Assembly: GCA_027315165.1 (NCBI GenBank)
Contig: DAHUYN010000007.1
Coordinates: forward strand, 10,260-74,259
Direction of reading: 5' to 3'
DNA length: 64,000 bases
From: Thermoplasmata archaeon
GTDB taxonomy: Archaea; Thermoplasmatota; Thermoplasmata; Lutacidiplasmatales; UBA184
Under the pieces are notes generated by a model. It saw only the letters and a program-made list of their open reading frames with translations. It made no database searches and was not told where the DNA came from. Shown here one piece after another: positions 1-8,762 of this stretch (its first letter is position 1; the number at the start of each line of letters is the position of its first letter). Both the position numbers and the translations under genes were made by a program.

Positions 1-240
1 GGCTCGACGAGCGGATGCGACGGGAGGACGCCCGCCACCGCTCCTCGGGGACGAGCGCGAGGTCCTCGGAGGAGAGCCGCGAGATCCTCCGGCACGAGCT
101 CCGGCTCCCCCTCGACGTCTGACGGGTCCGCCAGCGCGGGACGCGGGCGCCGCCCTCGTCCTCGCGCAGGACGGCAGGGTCTCGCGAGGTCACGCCGGCT
201 TCCGCGCGAGGCTATATCGAAGCGGGGGACTCAAGACGCC

Positions 241-1032
241 ATGCGCGAGCTCCTCGCCCACGTCCAGTTCCGCGGCACGATCCGGGAGCGGTCGGTCGAG
301 CCGTACCTCCGGCTGCTCGCCCATCTGCGCGACAAGCGGCGCATCAAGGGCGTTCTCCTCGACATCTCGAGCGGCGGCGGTGGCGATATCCCGTCGACCG
401 ACTTCTACCTCGCCGTCAAGCGCCTCGACCGCGTCAAGCCCGTCGTCGCGTCGATCGGGGCGATCGGCGCGTCGGGCGCCTACATGGCCGCGCTCGGCGC
501 CCGCCGGGTCTACGCCTACCCCGACTCCGAGGTCGGCTCGATCGGGGTCGTCTACCCGCACCTCGCCCTCCGGGGCCTCCTCGCCAAGCTCGGCGTCGAG
601 GTCGAGCTCCTCCACGAGGGGCGGCACAAGGACGCCTACCAGGGGCTGAGACCGCTCACCGACGAGGAGCGAGGGAAGCTGCAGGCCGTCGCGCACGACA
701 GCTACGGCTCGTTCGTCGCGCTCGTCGCCAAGGAGCGTCACAAGAGCCCCGAGGAGATCCTGCCGCTCGCGACCGGCGAGTTCTGGTCCGGCGCCACGGC
801 GCTCCGGCTCGGCCTCGTCGATGCGCTCGGCGACCGGACCGAGGCGCTCGAGGAGCTCGGCCGCCTCACGGGGGTCCCCGTTGGCAAGGCCGTCTCGGTC
901 CAGCCTCCACGGCCGTTCTTCGACCGGCTGTTCTCGAGCGGGATGTCCTCGGTCGGCGGCGGCCTCTCGACCGCGCTCCGGGACGGCGTCGAGGACGCTC
1001 TCTACGAGTCGCTCGTCGGGCTGCGTCGATAG
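241..1032 (+). CDS. sppA: signal peptide peptidase SppA (S49 family, short 36K type)
   Basis: 263-aa ORF with an S49 peptidase-like core (VVASIGAIGASGAYMAALGA... catalytic Ser/Lys region). Its length fits archaeal SppA. Confidence 0.75.
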   Translation: MRELLAHVQFRGTIRERSVEPYLRLLAHLRDKRRIKGVLLDISSGGGGDIPSTDFYLAVKRLDRVKPVVASIGAIGASGAYMAALGARRVYAYPDSEVGSIGVVYPHLALRGLLAKLGVEVELLHEGRHKDAYQGLRPLTDEERGKLQAVAHDSYGSFVALVAKERHKSPEEILPLATGEFWSGATALRLGLVDALGDRTEALEELGRLTGVPVGKAVSVQPPRPFFDRLFSSGMSSVGGGLSTALRDGVEDALYESLVGLRR

Positions 1033-1090
1033 GCGCGCCGTCCCCGCCCCGGCGCGAGGGATAAATACCCCGCCCTCGTGGTAGGTCCCG

Positions 1091-1255
1091 ATGGCCCCTG
1101 ACTCCCAGAAGAGCGGCTTCCACTCCGCCGCCGGTCTCATCCAGTACTACGACATGGAGGAGACGCGGGCGCTCAAGATCGACCCGTACATCGTCCTCAC
1201 GCTCGGCATCGGGGCCGCGATCCTCGTCGAGGTCCTGAACTGGAAGCTCGCCTGA
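1091..1255 (+). CDS. secG: Sec61-beta / SecG-family small translocon subunit
   Basis: 54-aa ORF translated by hand: MAPDSQKSGFHSAAGLIQYYDMEETRALKIDPYIVLTLGIGAAILVEVLNWKLA. It has the conserved IQYY...single C-terminal TM of archaeal Sec61beta. It is absent from the supplied ORF track because it is under 60 aa. Confidence 0.6.
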   Translation: MAPDSQKSGFHSAAGLIQYYDMEETRALKIDPYIVLTLGIGAAILVEVLNWKLA

Positions 1256-1292
1256 GCGGGCCGTAGCGGCCGCCCGCAACGACCCGACGCCG

Positions 1293-3857
1293 TCAGCGGC
1301 GCGTCCGTCGCGGTCCTCGTCGGCGTCCCCGACGGACCGCCGCGACGACCGCGAGCAGAACCCCGATCGCGGCGAGCGCACCGACGCCCAGCCACAGGCC
1401 CGACGGGAGCAAGCTCGAGGTCGCGGCGCCGCCGCCCGCCGGCGGGGTCGCGTGGGTCCCGCCCCCGGGCGGAGAGCCGGTGCCGTTCGCCGGCGCGGCG
1501 AGGACCGTGAGGGTGAGCGTCGCGTTCGCGTCGTAGCCGAGGGCATCGTGCACCTCGAGCGAGACGTTCCACGTTCCGACGCCGAGCGTGGGGGTCGCCG
1601 TCGCGGCCGTCGACGCACCGCCGGCCCATGACCAGTCGTACGTGTACGGCGCCTCGCCGCCGAAGACCGAGGCGGCGAGCTGCGGCGCGAACGGCGCCTC
1701 ACCGGCGGTCTCGCCGGTGCTGATCCCCGCCGAGAGCGACGGTAGGACGACGACCTGCCCGCGCTGGTCGACGGACCGGCCGAGCGAGTCGGTGACGCTC
1801 GCGACGACGTCGTACGTCCCCGGGCCGGCGTAGGTGTGGAAGAGCGTGCCGCTCCCGTACGCCTGACCCCCGTCCCCGAAGGAGACCTGGACCGGCGAGG
1901 GGTCGGCGCCGCCGGTCACGCTCACCTCGAACGTCGCCGTGAACGGAGCCTCCCCGGTGGCCGAGGACGGAGTGAGGCGGAGGCCGAGCACCGGGAGCGG
2001 CATCGCGACGACGGTCGCGTACGGGACGTCGGCGAGGATCAGCTCGCCGTTCGCGAGAAGCGACCCGGCGAGGTCCGAGGCGGCGCCGTCGACCGGCCCG
2101 GCTCCGGCGGCGACGCACGCGGCGGCCGCGCATCGGAGCAGGGTGAGGTTGCCGGTGGCTCCCGGCGCGGGGACGACGTCGAACGACACCGTCCAGGAGT
2201 CCCCGGGCAAGAGGACGTTCTCCGAGGGGACGGCGCTCCAGTTCCAGCCGACCCCGACGACGCCGGAGCGGTTCGAGACCGACGGCGTCTGCTCGCAGGA
2301 GGCGTTCGGCGCGCCGGGCGCGGCCGAGCAGACCGCCGAGTACGCCGGGGCCGCCGCGAGCGCCACGTCGGGTCCGAGAAGGAGCGAGAGGAACGGAGCG
2401 GGTCCCGGCGTCACCATCGCGGCGCCGGGAGGTCCCAGGCTCACGTTCGCGATCGCCGAGACGAGGCCGGGGTCCGCGACCGAGCTCGAGTAGTTGCGGT
2501 AGGTCATCGAGCCCGCGGTCCCGTTGCACGAGGCGAACGTCGGCCCGTCCCAGCTGCCGCCCGTCGCGAGCGCCAGGTCGCAGCCGGCTTTGAGGATGGA
2601 CGCCGAATCGTTCGCGGGTATGCTCGCGTTCGTCGTCGACGGCCAGCCCTTCGAGTGGGGGTCGGTCGGCGTATCCCAGACGTCGAGGGCGTCGATCACG
2701 CAGCGCCCGAGGGCGGAGTGGGTGCAGTCGGACGAGGCCGCGGCGAGGGCCGCGATCGAGTGGCTCGCGTTCCCGTCCTGGCTCGAAACCCATCCCTCGC
2801 AGTTGGGGCTCGCCCCCGTCGTGAAGGTGTAGATCGGCTCGCAGGTCGATCCCGAGCAGTTGGTGGAATAGTAGTAGGTCGCGGGAGAGCCGCAGTAGTC
2901 CACCGGGTAGCCGGGGTCGCGGGGCGCTGTCGATCCGAGCAGGACGAGCACGTGCTGGGCGTTCGCGCTCCAGTTCAGGCCCGCCCCCTCGAGCGCCCCG
3001 TAGAGCGCCGTGATCTCGGAGGAGGCGAGGAAGTTGTCGGAGAGGTCGGAGTCGGGGAGGGTCATCGAGGGTCGGTCGAGCACCCCCGAGCTGGCGTTGA
3101 GGAGCGTCGCGTTCACCGCATTCGGGAACGACGAGGCCGTCGTGAAGTTCCCGACGTCGACGTGGAAGGGGAAGCCGTCGCCGTCGTCGAAGGACGTGAG
3201 CGTCGCGAAGTAGTCGACGAGACCGAACGTCAGCTCGTCGGTGGGGTGGGCAGCGGCGAGCGCGGAGACGACGGTCCCGGAGTATGACGCGAACGTCGGG
3301 TCCAGGCTCGACTCCTCGCAGAGCGGCTTGCCGTTCGACTGCCCGCACGCGTCGCGGCCGGGGTCGGCGGCGCTCGCGTCGTACGCGCCGTCGTACGGGG
3401 TCGTCTCGAGGAGGAACAGCACCTGGACGCGGCCCGAGACGTTCCCGGTGACGGCGTTCCCCGTGCCGCTGCCGTAGGAGGTCGTGAGGGAGACCCGGGC
3501 GGCGCCGGTACCGGCCGGGCAGGTCGGCCACGTCGTCGGGCAGACCGTGGCGGGCGCCACGCCGACCGAGACCGAGGCGTTCGGCGTCGCGGTATCGGGT
3601 GACGACCCCGCCGCGCGGGCGTCGGGGACCCCCGCGACGAGCGCGAGGCCCGTCGACCCTCCCGGCCGGGCGGGGGCCCCGAAGCCGGGGACCGTCGCGA
3701 TGCCGCCCACCAGGAGGAGCACCGGGACGAGGAGCGCGGCCGCGAGAGTGGCGCGACCGGGTCGGGGCTCCCGGTCAGGCAGAGCGCGGGACCGCGGACG
3801 GTCGGCGCCCTCGCGGCGAGGGCACATGGGAGGCCGGTACGGGCCCCGGGATATCAA
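1293..3857 (-). CDS. cell-surface glycoprotein with N-terminal signal/TM, a PKD-like domain and a C-terminal TM anchor with a basic tail
   Basis: 854-aa ORF. The N-terminal hydrophobic segment is LLVPVLLLVGGIATV. The body is long and Ser/Thr/Gly/Ala-rich with many N-x-S/T sequons. A PKD-like block reads FTATFEVSVTGG...GDGGQAYGSGTLFHTYAGPGTYDVVASVTDSLG. The C-terminus is LWLGVGALAAIGVLLAVVAAVRRGRRRGPRRTRR. The exact start is uncertain; MCPRR is an internal alternative. Confidence 0.6.
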   Translation of the reverse strand: MISRGPYRPPMCPRREGADRPRSRALPDREPRPGRATLAAALLVPVLLLVGGIATVPGFGAPARPGGSTGLALVAGVPDARAAGSSPDTATPNASVSVGVAPATVCPTTWPTCPAGTGAARVSLTTSYGSGTGNAVTGNVSGRVQVLFLLETTPYDGAYDASAADPGRDACGQSNGKPLCEESSLDPTFASYSGTVVSALAAAHPTDELTFGLVDYFATLTSFDDGDGFPFHVDVGNFTTASSFPNAVNATLLNASSGVLDRPSMTLPDSDLSDNFLASSEITALYGALEGAGLNWSANAQHVLVLLGSTAPRDPGYPVDYCGSPATYYYSTNCSGSTCEPIYTFTTGASPNCEGWVSSQDGNASHSIAALAAASSDCTHSALGRCVIDALDVWDTPTDPHSKGWPSTTNASIPANDSASILKAGCDLALATGGSWDGPTFASCNGTAGSMTYRNYSSSVADPGLVSAIANVSLGPPGAAMVTPGPAPFLSLLLGPDVALAAAPAYSAVCSAAPGAPNASCEQTPSVSNRSGVVGVGWNWSAVPSENVLLPGDSWTVSFDVVPAPGATGNLTLLRCAAAACVAAGAGPVDGAASDLAGSLLANGELILADVPYATVVAMPLPVLGLRLTPSSATGEAPFTATFEVSVTGGADPSPVQVSFGDGGQAYGSGTLFHTYAGPGTYDVVASVTDSLGRSVDQRGQVVVLPSLSAGISTGETAGEAPFAPQLAASVFGGEAPYTYDWSWAGGASTAATATPTLGVGTWNVSLEVHDALGYDANATLTLTVLAAPANGTGSPPGGGTHATPPAGGGAATSSLLPSGLWLGVGALAAIGVLLAVVAAVRRGRRRGPRRTRR

Positions 3858-3933
3858 TTCGACCTGGCGGTACGCCGATCTTGAGCGCTGCGACCCCTTG
3901 TACGACGCGACGTCCGCGTCGGGACCGCGCCGA

Positions 3934-4923
3934 TCAGGCGGTGCCGCCCGCGACCGCGAGCGGTCCGAGCCCGGGGAGGAACCGGGCGACGCCCTCCCGG
4001 CCGAGGAGGAAGACCTTCGACTCCGGGGACTCGTCGAGGATCGGGTAGCCGACGCGCGCGGCGAGCGCGCGCGCGAACGTCCCGACCTCCTCGTGCGTCG
4101 GCACGTGCGGGCGCCCGAGCCGCTGGCGGGAGCGGCCCATGTACACGTAGCCCTTCGGTTCGATGAAGTCGGGGCGCGCGAGAAGGTCGAGCTCGGCGTA
4201 CTGCTCGCTCCACCCGAGATTCCAGCCGCGGACGAGGGTGTGTCGGAGCACGCGGCGCGTCCGGAGCCCCCGGAGGATCCCGAGCGACTCGACCAGCCGG
4301 TCCCAGGCGTGCGGGTCGGTCGGCATCGTGAGGCGCTGGAAGACCTCGCGGTTCGGCGCGGTCACCGACAGGTAGAGCTGCGTCGGCAGCGGGTCGAGGG
4401 CGCGGAGCCCGTCCGGGTTCGTCCCGTTCGTCACCAGGAACGTCGTGATGCCGCGCTCGTGGCAGAGCTCGAGGAACCGGTTCATCTTCGGGTAGAGCGT
4501 CGGCTCGCCGGTGAGGGAGATCGCGATGTGCCGGGGGCTCTGCGACGCCGCCCAGCGCTCCTTCGAGACGCTCGCCTCTCCCTTGAACCCGGAGAGGATC
4601 CGGCGCTGCGCCTCGATCGACCGCTCGAGCAGCCCCTCGGGGTCGTCGTACTCCTCCATCACGGAGTCGTTCTCCCAGCCCTGGTTGCGCCAGCAGAAGC
4701 GACAGTGGAGGTTGCACGAGTCGATCGCCGGCGACATCTGCAGGCACCGGTGCGACTCGATCCCGTAGAACCGGCCCTTGTAGCAGTCGCGTCCCTCGAC
4801 GAGCGACTGACGGGTCCAGTAGCAGAGCTTGACGGCGCTGTGCCGGCCGATGAGCTGGTAGCCCTGCCCGGACAGCTCGGTCGCGAGGTCCTGGTCGCCC
4901 ATCGCGGCGGCTTCGACCGCCAC
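3934..4923 (-). CDS. taw1: tRNA 4-demethylwyosine synthase Taw1/TYW1 (radical SAM)
   Basis: 329 aa with the radical-SAM CxxxCxxC motif (CNLHCRFCW) and a Taw1-like overall sequence (GEPTLYP, FLVTNGT). Confidence 0.85.
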   Translation of the reverse strand: MAVEAAAMGDQDLATELSGQGYQLIGRHSAVKLCYWTRQSLVEGRDCYKGRFYGIESHRCLQMSPAIDSCNLHCRFCWRNQGWENDSVMEEYDDPEGLLERSIEAQRRILSGFKGEASVSKERWAASQSPRHIAISLTGEPTLYPKMNRFLELCHERGITTFLVTNGTNPDGLRALDPLPTQLYLSVTAPNREVFQRLTMPTDPHAWDRLVESLGILRGLRTRRVLRHTLVRGWNLGWSEQYAELDLLARPDFIEPKGYVYMGRSRQRLGRPHVPTHEEVGTFARALAARVGYPILDESPESKVFLLGREGVARFLPGLGPLAVAGGTA

Positions 4924-5048
4924 CGAGCCATAACGCTTCCGGGAGCCGGGCCCGCCGGTGTGGGACGGGCGCGCGTCCCGAGCGTCCCGGCACGCGCCCG
5001 ACGCCGTTCGGGGCGGCCGCCCCGGTCCGATAAGTAGTACCAGGGCGG

Positions 5049-5672
5049 ATGGCGCCGCCCGTGCAGGCGCCTTCCGAGAGCTCGGTCGAGTCGGCGCTCC
5101 TCCTCGTCGGGATCTTCGTCCTCGTCCTCGGCCGGCGCAGCTATGCGATGGTCCGTGGGACCCCCTACTCGCCGACGCGGATCTACGGGTTCGCCGCCTT
5201 CGCCCTCGTCGTCTACCTCCTGTTCGCGGCGAGCACGTTCGTCCTCGCCTACGCCGAGCTGGGGCTCCTCACCGTCGCGCTCGCCGCCCCGTACGTGCTC
5301 GTCGTGGTCGCTAGCGCGGCGCTCGCTCGGCCGCACGTCCATCGCGTGGTCCGCTTCGAGACGCGCGTCGACGGCCTCACCTACTACCGCATCCCCTGGC
5401 TCGTCCCCGCCGCCTACCTCGCGCTGTTCGCGGCCCGCTTCGCGCTCGAGGTGCTCCTCTTCGGCACGCCGTCGCTGTTCGTCTCGGGGGCGGGCCCGAC
5501 GGCCCCGAGCGGGACGCTCGCGCTCCTCGTCGTCTTCGACCTTCTCTACGGCGCGAGCCTCGGCCTCCTGGTCGGACGCAGCCAGGGGATCGTCGACGCG
5601 TTCCGCGAGCGGGGTCCCGCGAGCGCGCCCCCGGCGCCTCGCGCCCCGTCCGGCGGGGCCGCCTCGCCCTGA
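5049..5672 (+). CDS. integral membrane protein of unknown function (4-5 TM, DUF1453/CcdC-like?)
   Basis: 207-aa ORF with several hydrophobic helices and a Pro/Ala-rich C-terminal tail. No recognisable catalytic motif. Confidence 0.45.
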   Translation: MAPPVQAPSESSVESALLLVGIFVLVLGRRSYAMVRGTPYSPTRIYGFAAFALVVYLLFAASTFVLAYAELGLLTVALAAPYVLVVVASAALARPHVHRVVRFETRVDGLTYYRIPWLVPAAYLALFAARFALEVLLFGTPSLFVSGAGPTAPSGTLALLVVFDLLYGASLGLLVGRSQGIVDAFRERGPASAPPAPRAPSGGAASP

Positions 5673-5693
5673 CGGGGAGTGCCGGTCGTCGGG

Positions 5694-7763
5694 CTACGGC
5701 AGCCGGACCCAGCGGAGCGAGAGCGAGTTGAGCACGACCGTGGTCGAGGAGAGGGCCATCGCGATGGCGCCCGTGATCGGCAGCACGTTGTAGACCCCGA
5801 AGCCGAGGAGGGGCACGAGCGCGCCCGCGGCGATCGGCAAGAGCACGGAGTTGTAGCCGAGGGCCCAGGTGAGATTGCCCCGGACCTTGGCGACGGTGCG
5901 CCGCGCGAGCTTGAGCCCCCGCGGCACGCCGAGGAACTCCGGACGGACCAAGAGGATCTGACCGGCCTCCTTGGCGACATCGCTGCCGGTCCCGATCGCG
6001 ATCCCGACGTCCGCGGCCGCGAGCGCCGGGGCATCGTTGACCCCATCTCCGACGAACGCCACCGAGTGGCCCTCGGCGCGGTACCGGGCCACGAGCGCGA
6101 GCTTCCCCGCGGGGGTCGTCCCCGCGTGGACCTTCTGGATCCCGAGGAGCGAGGCGACGGCCCGGGCCGGCGCCTCGGCGTCGCCGGTGACCATCACCGT
6201 CTCGATCCCCATCGCGCGGAGCGCGTCGACCGCGGCCCTTGAGGTCGGACGGACCGGGTCGGCGAACTCGAGAAGGCCGACCGCGCGGCCGTCCGCGAAC
6301 GCGACCGACCCCGAGCGGCCGGCGGCCGCCATCGCGGCGCGGGCCCGCTCGAGTCCCGAGAGGTCCGCGCCCTCCGCCTCGGCGACCGCGGCGGAGACGA
6401 CGCGCACCGTCCGCCCGTCGACGCGACCCGCGACGCCCCGCCCGGGCTCGACGGTCACGCCGATGGGCGCCGGCAGCGCGATCGAGCGGCGGCCGGCCGC
6501 GGTGACGACCGCGCGGGCGAGCGGATGCTCCGAGCCCTGCTCGACGGTCGCGGCGAGCCGGAGGAGCTCGGTCTCCGAGGTCCCCGGCGCGGGCGAGAGG
6601 CCGACGAGCTCGGGCGCCCCCTCCGTGAGCGTGCCGGTCTTGTCGGTGAGCACGATGTCCGCGGTCGCCGCCCGGGTCAGCGCGTCCTCGCCCCGGAACA
6701 GCACGCCGGCCTCGGCCGCGCGTCCCGTGCCGACGACGATCGCCGCCGGTGTGGCGATCCCGAAGGCGCACGGGCAGGCCGTGATCACGACGGAGACGAA
6801 GACGAGCACCGTGACCGTGAGCCCGGCGGCCGCGACGAGGCCCCAGAGCAGCGCTGCGACGACGCCGAGCGTGAGGATCGCCGGGACGAAGGCGGCCGCG
6901 ATCCGGTTCGCGAGCCGCTGGAGCGGGACCCGGCTCGTCTCCGCCTCGTTGAGCAGCTGGCCGACCTGGGCGAGGAAGGTGTCGCCGCCCGTCGCGACCG
7001 CCTCGACCTCGACGAGCCCCTCCCCGTTCACCGAGCTCGCGAGGACCCGGTCCCCCGGGGCCTTCGGACGCGGCATCGGCTCGCCGGTGAGGATCGATTC
7101 GTCGACGGAGCTCCGCCCCTCGACGACGACCCCGTCGACCGGGAACCGCTCGCCGGGCCGCACCCGGAGCCGGTCCCCGACCGCGACCTCTCCGACCGGT
7201 ACCCGCTCCTCGCGTCCGTCACGGAGACGGTTCGCGACGGTCGGGAGGAGCTCGGAGAGCCGACGGAGCGCCCCGGTCGCGCGATGCCGCGTGAGGTGCT
7301 CGAGGTAGTTCCCGGTGAGGATCAGCGCGATGATCAGCGACGAGGCGTCGAAGTAGTAGAGCGCCGGCAGGCGACCGGGGAGCGCGAGCGCCGCGACGCT
7401 GTAGGCGTAGGCGGCCGTCGTCCCGACGGCGATGAGCGTGTCCATGTTCCCCGTCCGAGATCGAAGGGAGTCGTAGGCGCCCCGGTAGAACGACCGACCG
7501 GGGTAGAACTGGACCCCCGTCGCCGCGGCGGCCGCGACGTACGGCGCCCAGGCGAACGGTACGTACGTCGCGACGAGGGCGACGAGCGCGAGCGGCCAGG
7601 CCAGGGCGAGCTCGCGCTTGAGCCGCGCGACCCGCTCCGCCGGGGCGGCGAACGAATCGCGGCAACTGCTCGCGCAGAAGTAGTAGGTCCGATTGTCGCG
7701 GAACAGCGTGAGCGTCGCCGAGCCCTCGTCGACGTACATGCCGCAGACGGGGTCGGTGGCCAT
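5694..7763 (-). CDS. copA: copper-translocating P1B-type ATPase with an N-terminal TRASH/YHS metal-binding domain
   Basis: 689 aa. N-terminal CGMYVDEG...YYFCASSC (TRASH), a CPC transmembrane metal site ([13 protein letters not shown]), the phosphorylation motif DKTGTLT, and [10 protein letters not shown]. Confidence 0.9.
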   Translation of the reverse strand: MATDPVCGMYVDEGSATLTLFRDNRTYYFCASSCRDSFAAPAERVARLKRELALAWPLALVALVATYVPFAWAPYVAAAAATGVQFYPGRSFYRGAYDSLRSRTGNMDTLIAVGTTAAYAYSVAALALPGRLPALYYFDASSLIIALILTGNYLEHLTRHRATGALRRLSELLPTVANRLRDGREERVPVGEVAVGDRLRVRPGERFPVDGVVVEGRSSVDESILTGEPMPRPKAPGDRVLASSVNGEGLVEVEAVATGGDTFLAQVGQLLNEAETSRVPLQRLANRIAAAFVPAILTLGVVAALLWGLVAAAGLTVTVLVFVSVVITACPCAFGIATPAAIVVGTGRAAEAGVLFRGEDALTRAATADIVLTDKTGTLTEGAPELVGLSPAPGTSETELLRLAATVEQGSEHPLARAVVTAAGRRSIALPAPIGVTVEPGRGVAGRVDGRTVRVVSAAVAEAEGADLSGLERARAAMAAAGRSGSVAFADGRAVGLLEFADPVRPTSRAAVDALRAMGIETVMVTGDAEAPARAVASLLGIQKVHAGTTPAGKLALVARYRAEGHSVAFVGDGVNDAPALAAADVGIAIGTGSDVAKEAGQILLVRPEFLGVPRGLKLARRTVAKVRGNLTWALGYNSVLLPIAAGALVPLLGFGVYNVLPITGAIAMALSSTTVVLNSLSLRWVRLP

Positions 7764-7800
7764 CGGCGGCTCGGGGCGGGGTCGTCCGACCGGGCGCGCG

Positions 7801-7962
7801 CTACGGGCGGCGCCGGCGCGCCTCGTACGTGCGGCGGCACCCCTCGGCGCAGAAGTAGACCGTCTTGCCGTCGTAGGTACCCTGGGCCGGCGCCTTCTCC
7901 GTGTCGACCATCATCCCACAGACCGGGTCCTTCACCTTCATCGGTCGGCTCCGAGGGAGCAT
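7801..7962 (-). CDS. small TRASH/YHS-domain metal-binding protein (copper chaperone-like)
   Basis: C-terminal part of ORF 7801..8457: M(LPRSRPM)[39 protein letters not shown]. It is a CGMxV...YFC...GC TRASH fold, sits immediately upstream of copA on the same strand, and a shorter start at 7941 is also possible. Confidence 0.6.
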   Translation of the reverse strand: MLPRSRPMKVKDPVCGMMVDTEKAPAQGTYDGKTVYFCAEGCRRTYEARRRRP

Positions 7963-8040
7963 CGCGAGGGCCGATTTAACCTGCCGCTGGTGCGAGGGAC
8001 CGAAAAACCTCTTAGCCCCCGCGAACGCTCGAACGCTGGC

Positions 8041-8364
8041 ATGGTGCGGTCGGTCGACGCGGCGACGCTGGCGCGAGAGCTCGGCCGGGACCCGAGGGCG
8101 GCCGTGCTCCTCGACGTCCGGGACCACGACGAGCGCGCCTACGCGGCGATCGAGCCGTCGCTGTTCATCCCGATGCACGAGGTCCCGCGGCGCCTCCACG
8201 AGCTCCCGCGGGAGGCCCGGATCGTCGTCTACTGCCACCACGGGAGCCGCTCGGAGATGGTCGCGAGCTTCCTCGAGGGGCAGGGGTTCGCCCGCGTCGA
8301 GAACCTGCGCGGCGGGATCGACGGCTGGGCCGCCCACGTCGACCGGGCGATGCCCCGATACTGA
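8041..8364 (+). CDS. rhodanese-domain protein (single-domain sulfurtransferase)
   Basis: 107-aa segment (internal ATG of ORF 7693..8364) with the rhodanese fold signature LLDVRDHDERAY...IVVYCHHGSRS (active-site Cys loop CHHGSRS). Confidence 0.65.
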   Translation: MVRSVDAATLARELGRDPRAAVLLDVRDHDERAYAAIEPSLFIPMHEVPRRLHELPREARIVVYCHHGSRSEMVASFLEGQGFARVENLRGGIDGWAAHVDRAMPRY

Positions 8365-8428
8365 GGCCCGCCCGCTCGTCGACGACGGGCCGTCCGGGCC
8401 CCGCCGTCCGGGCCTCGCCGTCGGGGCC

Positions 8429-8755
8429 TCAGGCCGGCGGCTCCGCCCGCTCCTCAAAGAGGTCGACGAAGCCCCGCATCCGCCAGTAGGTGACGAGGAA
8501 CTCGTGCCCCCGGGGCGTGACGTCGAACACCGGGTGGCCGTCGCGCTCGCTCCGCGTCATCAAGCCGAGCCGCACGAGGCGGTCGATGGCGACCCGCAGG
8601 CGGTCGACGGGCATTCCGGCGCCGTAGGAGACCCGCGTGATGCGCGCGGTCCCGTGGTAGCGCCGGACGACCTCGAGGATCGTCGCGTAGAGGTCCGTCT
8701 GCTCGCGACGACGGGGCGCGACCGGCCCCTCCGAGCCCTCGAGCGCCGGCGGCAT
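8429..8755 (-). CDS. winged-helix DNA-binding protein (putative transcriptional regulator)
   Basis: 108 aa. Helix-turn-helix-like ILEVVRRYHGTARITRVSYGAGMPVDRLRVAIDRLVRLGLM followed by a wing. It lies 8 nt downstream of the bactofilin-like gene on the same strand. Confidence 0.5.
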   Translation of the reverse strand: MPPALEGSEGPVAPRRREQTDLYATILEVVRRYHGTARITRVSYGAGMPVDRLRVAIDRLVRLGLMTRSERDGHPVFDVTPRGHEFLVTYWRMRGFVDLFEERAEPPA

Positions 8756-8762
8756 GGGTCGG

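Noticed and set aside
3-122. Possible 3' end of an upstream gene in frame 3 (…LDERMRREDARHRSSGTSARSSEESREILRHELRLPLDV*) ending at TGA 120..122
   Set aside because: It has protein-like composition, but it is only 40 codons, truncated by the window edge and has no recognisable motif, so it is not reported as a feature.
1699-3531. 610-aa and 483-aa ORFs (1699..3531 minus, 1836..3287 plus) overlapping the 854-aa surface-protein gene
   Set aside because: Their translations are Arg/Pro/Gly-rich and low-complexity, typical of alternative frames in 70% GC DNA. The 854-aa frame has a real signal peptide, a PKD-like block and a C-terminal anchor.
5377-7979. ORFs 5377..6771 (minus), 5971..7308 (plus) and 6525..7979 (plus) overlapping copA
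   Set aside because: These are poly-Arg/Gly/Pro or Ser/Thr/Ala-rich frames with no motifs, whereas the copA frame contains DKTGTLT, CPC and TRASH motifs.
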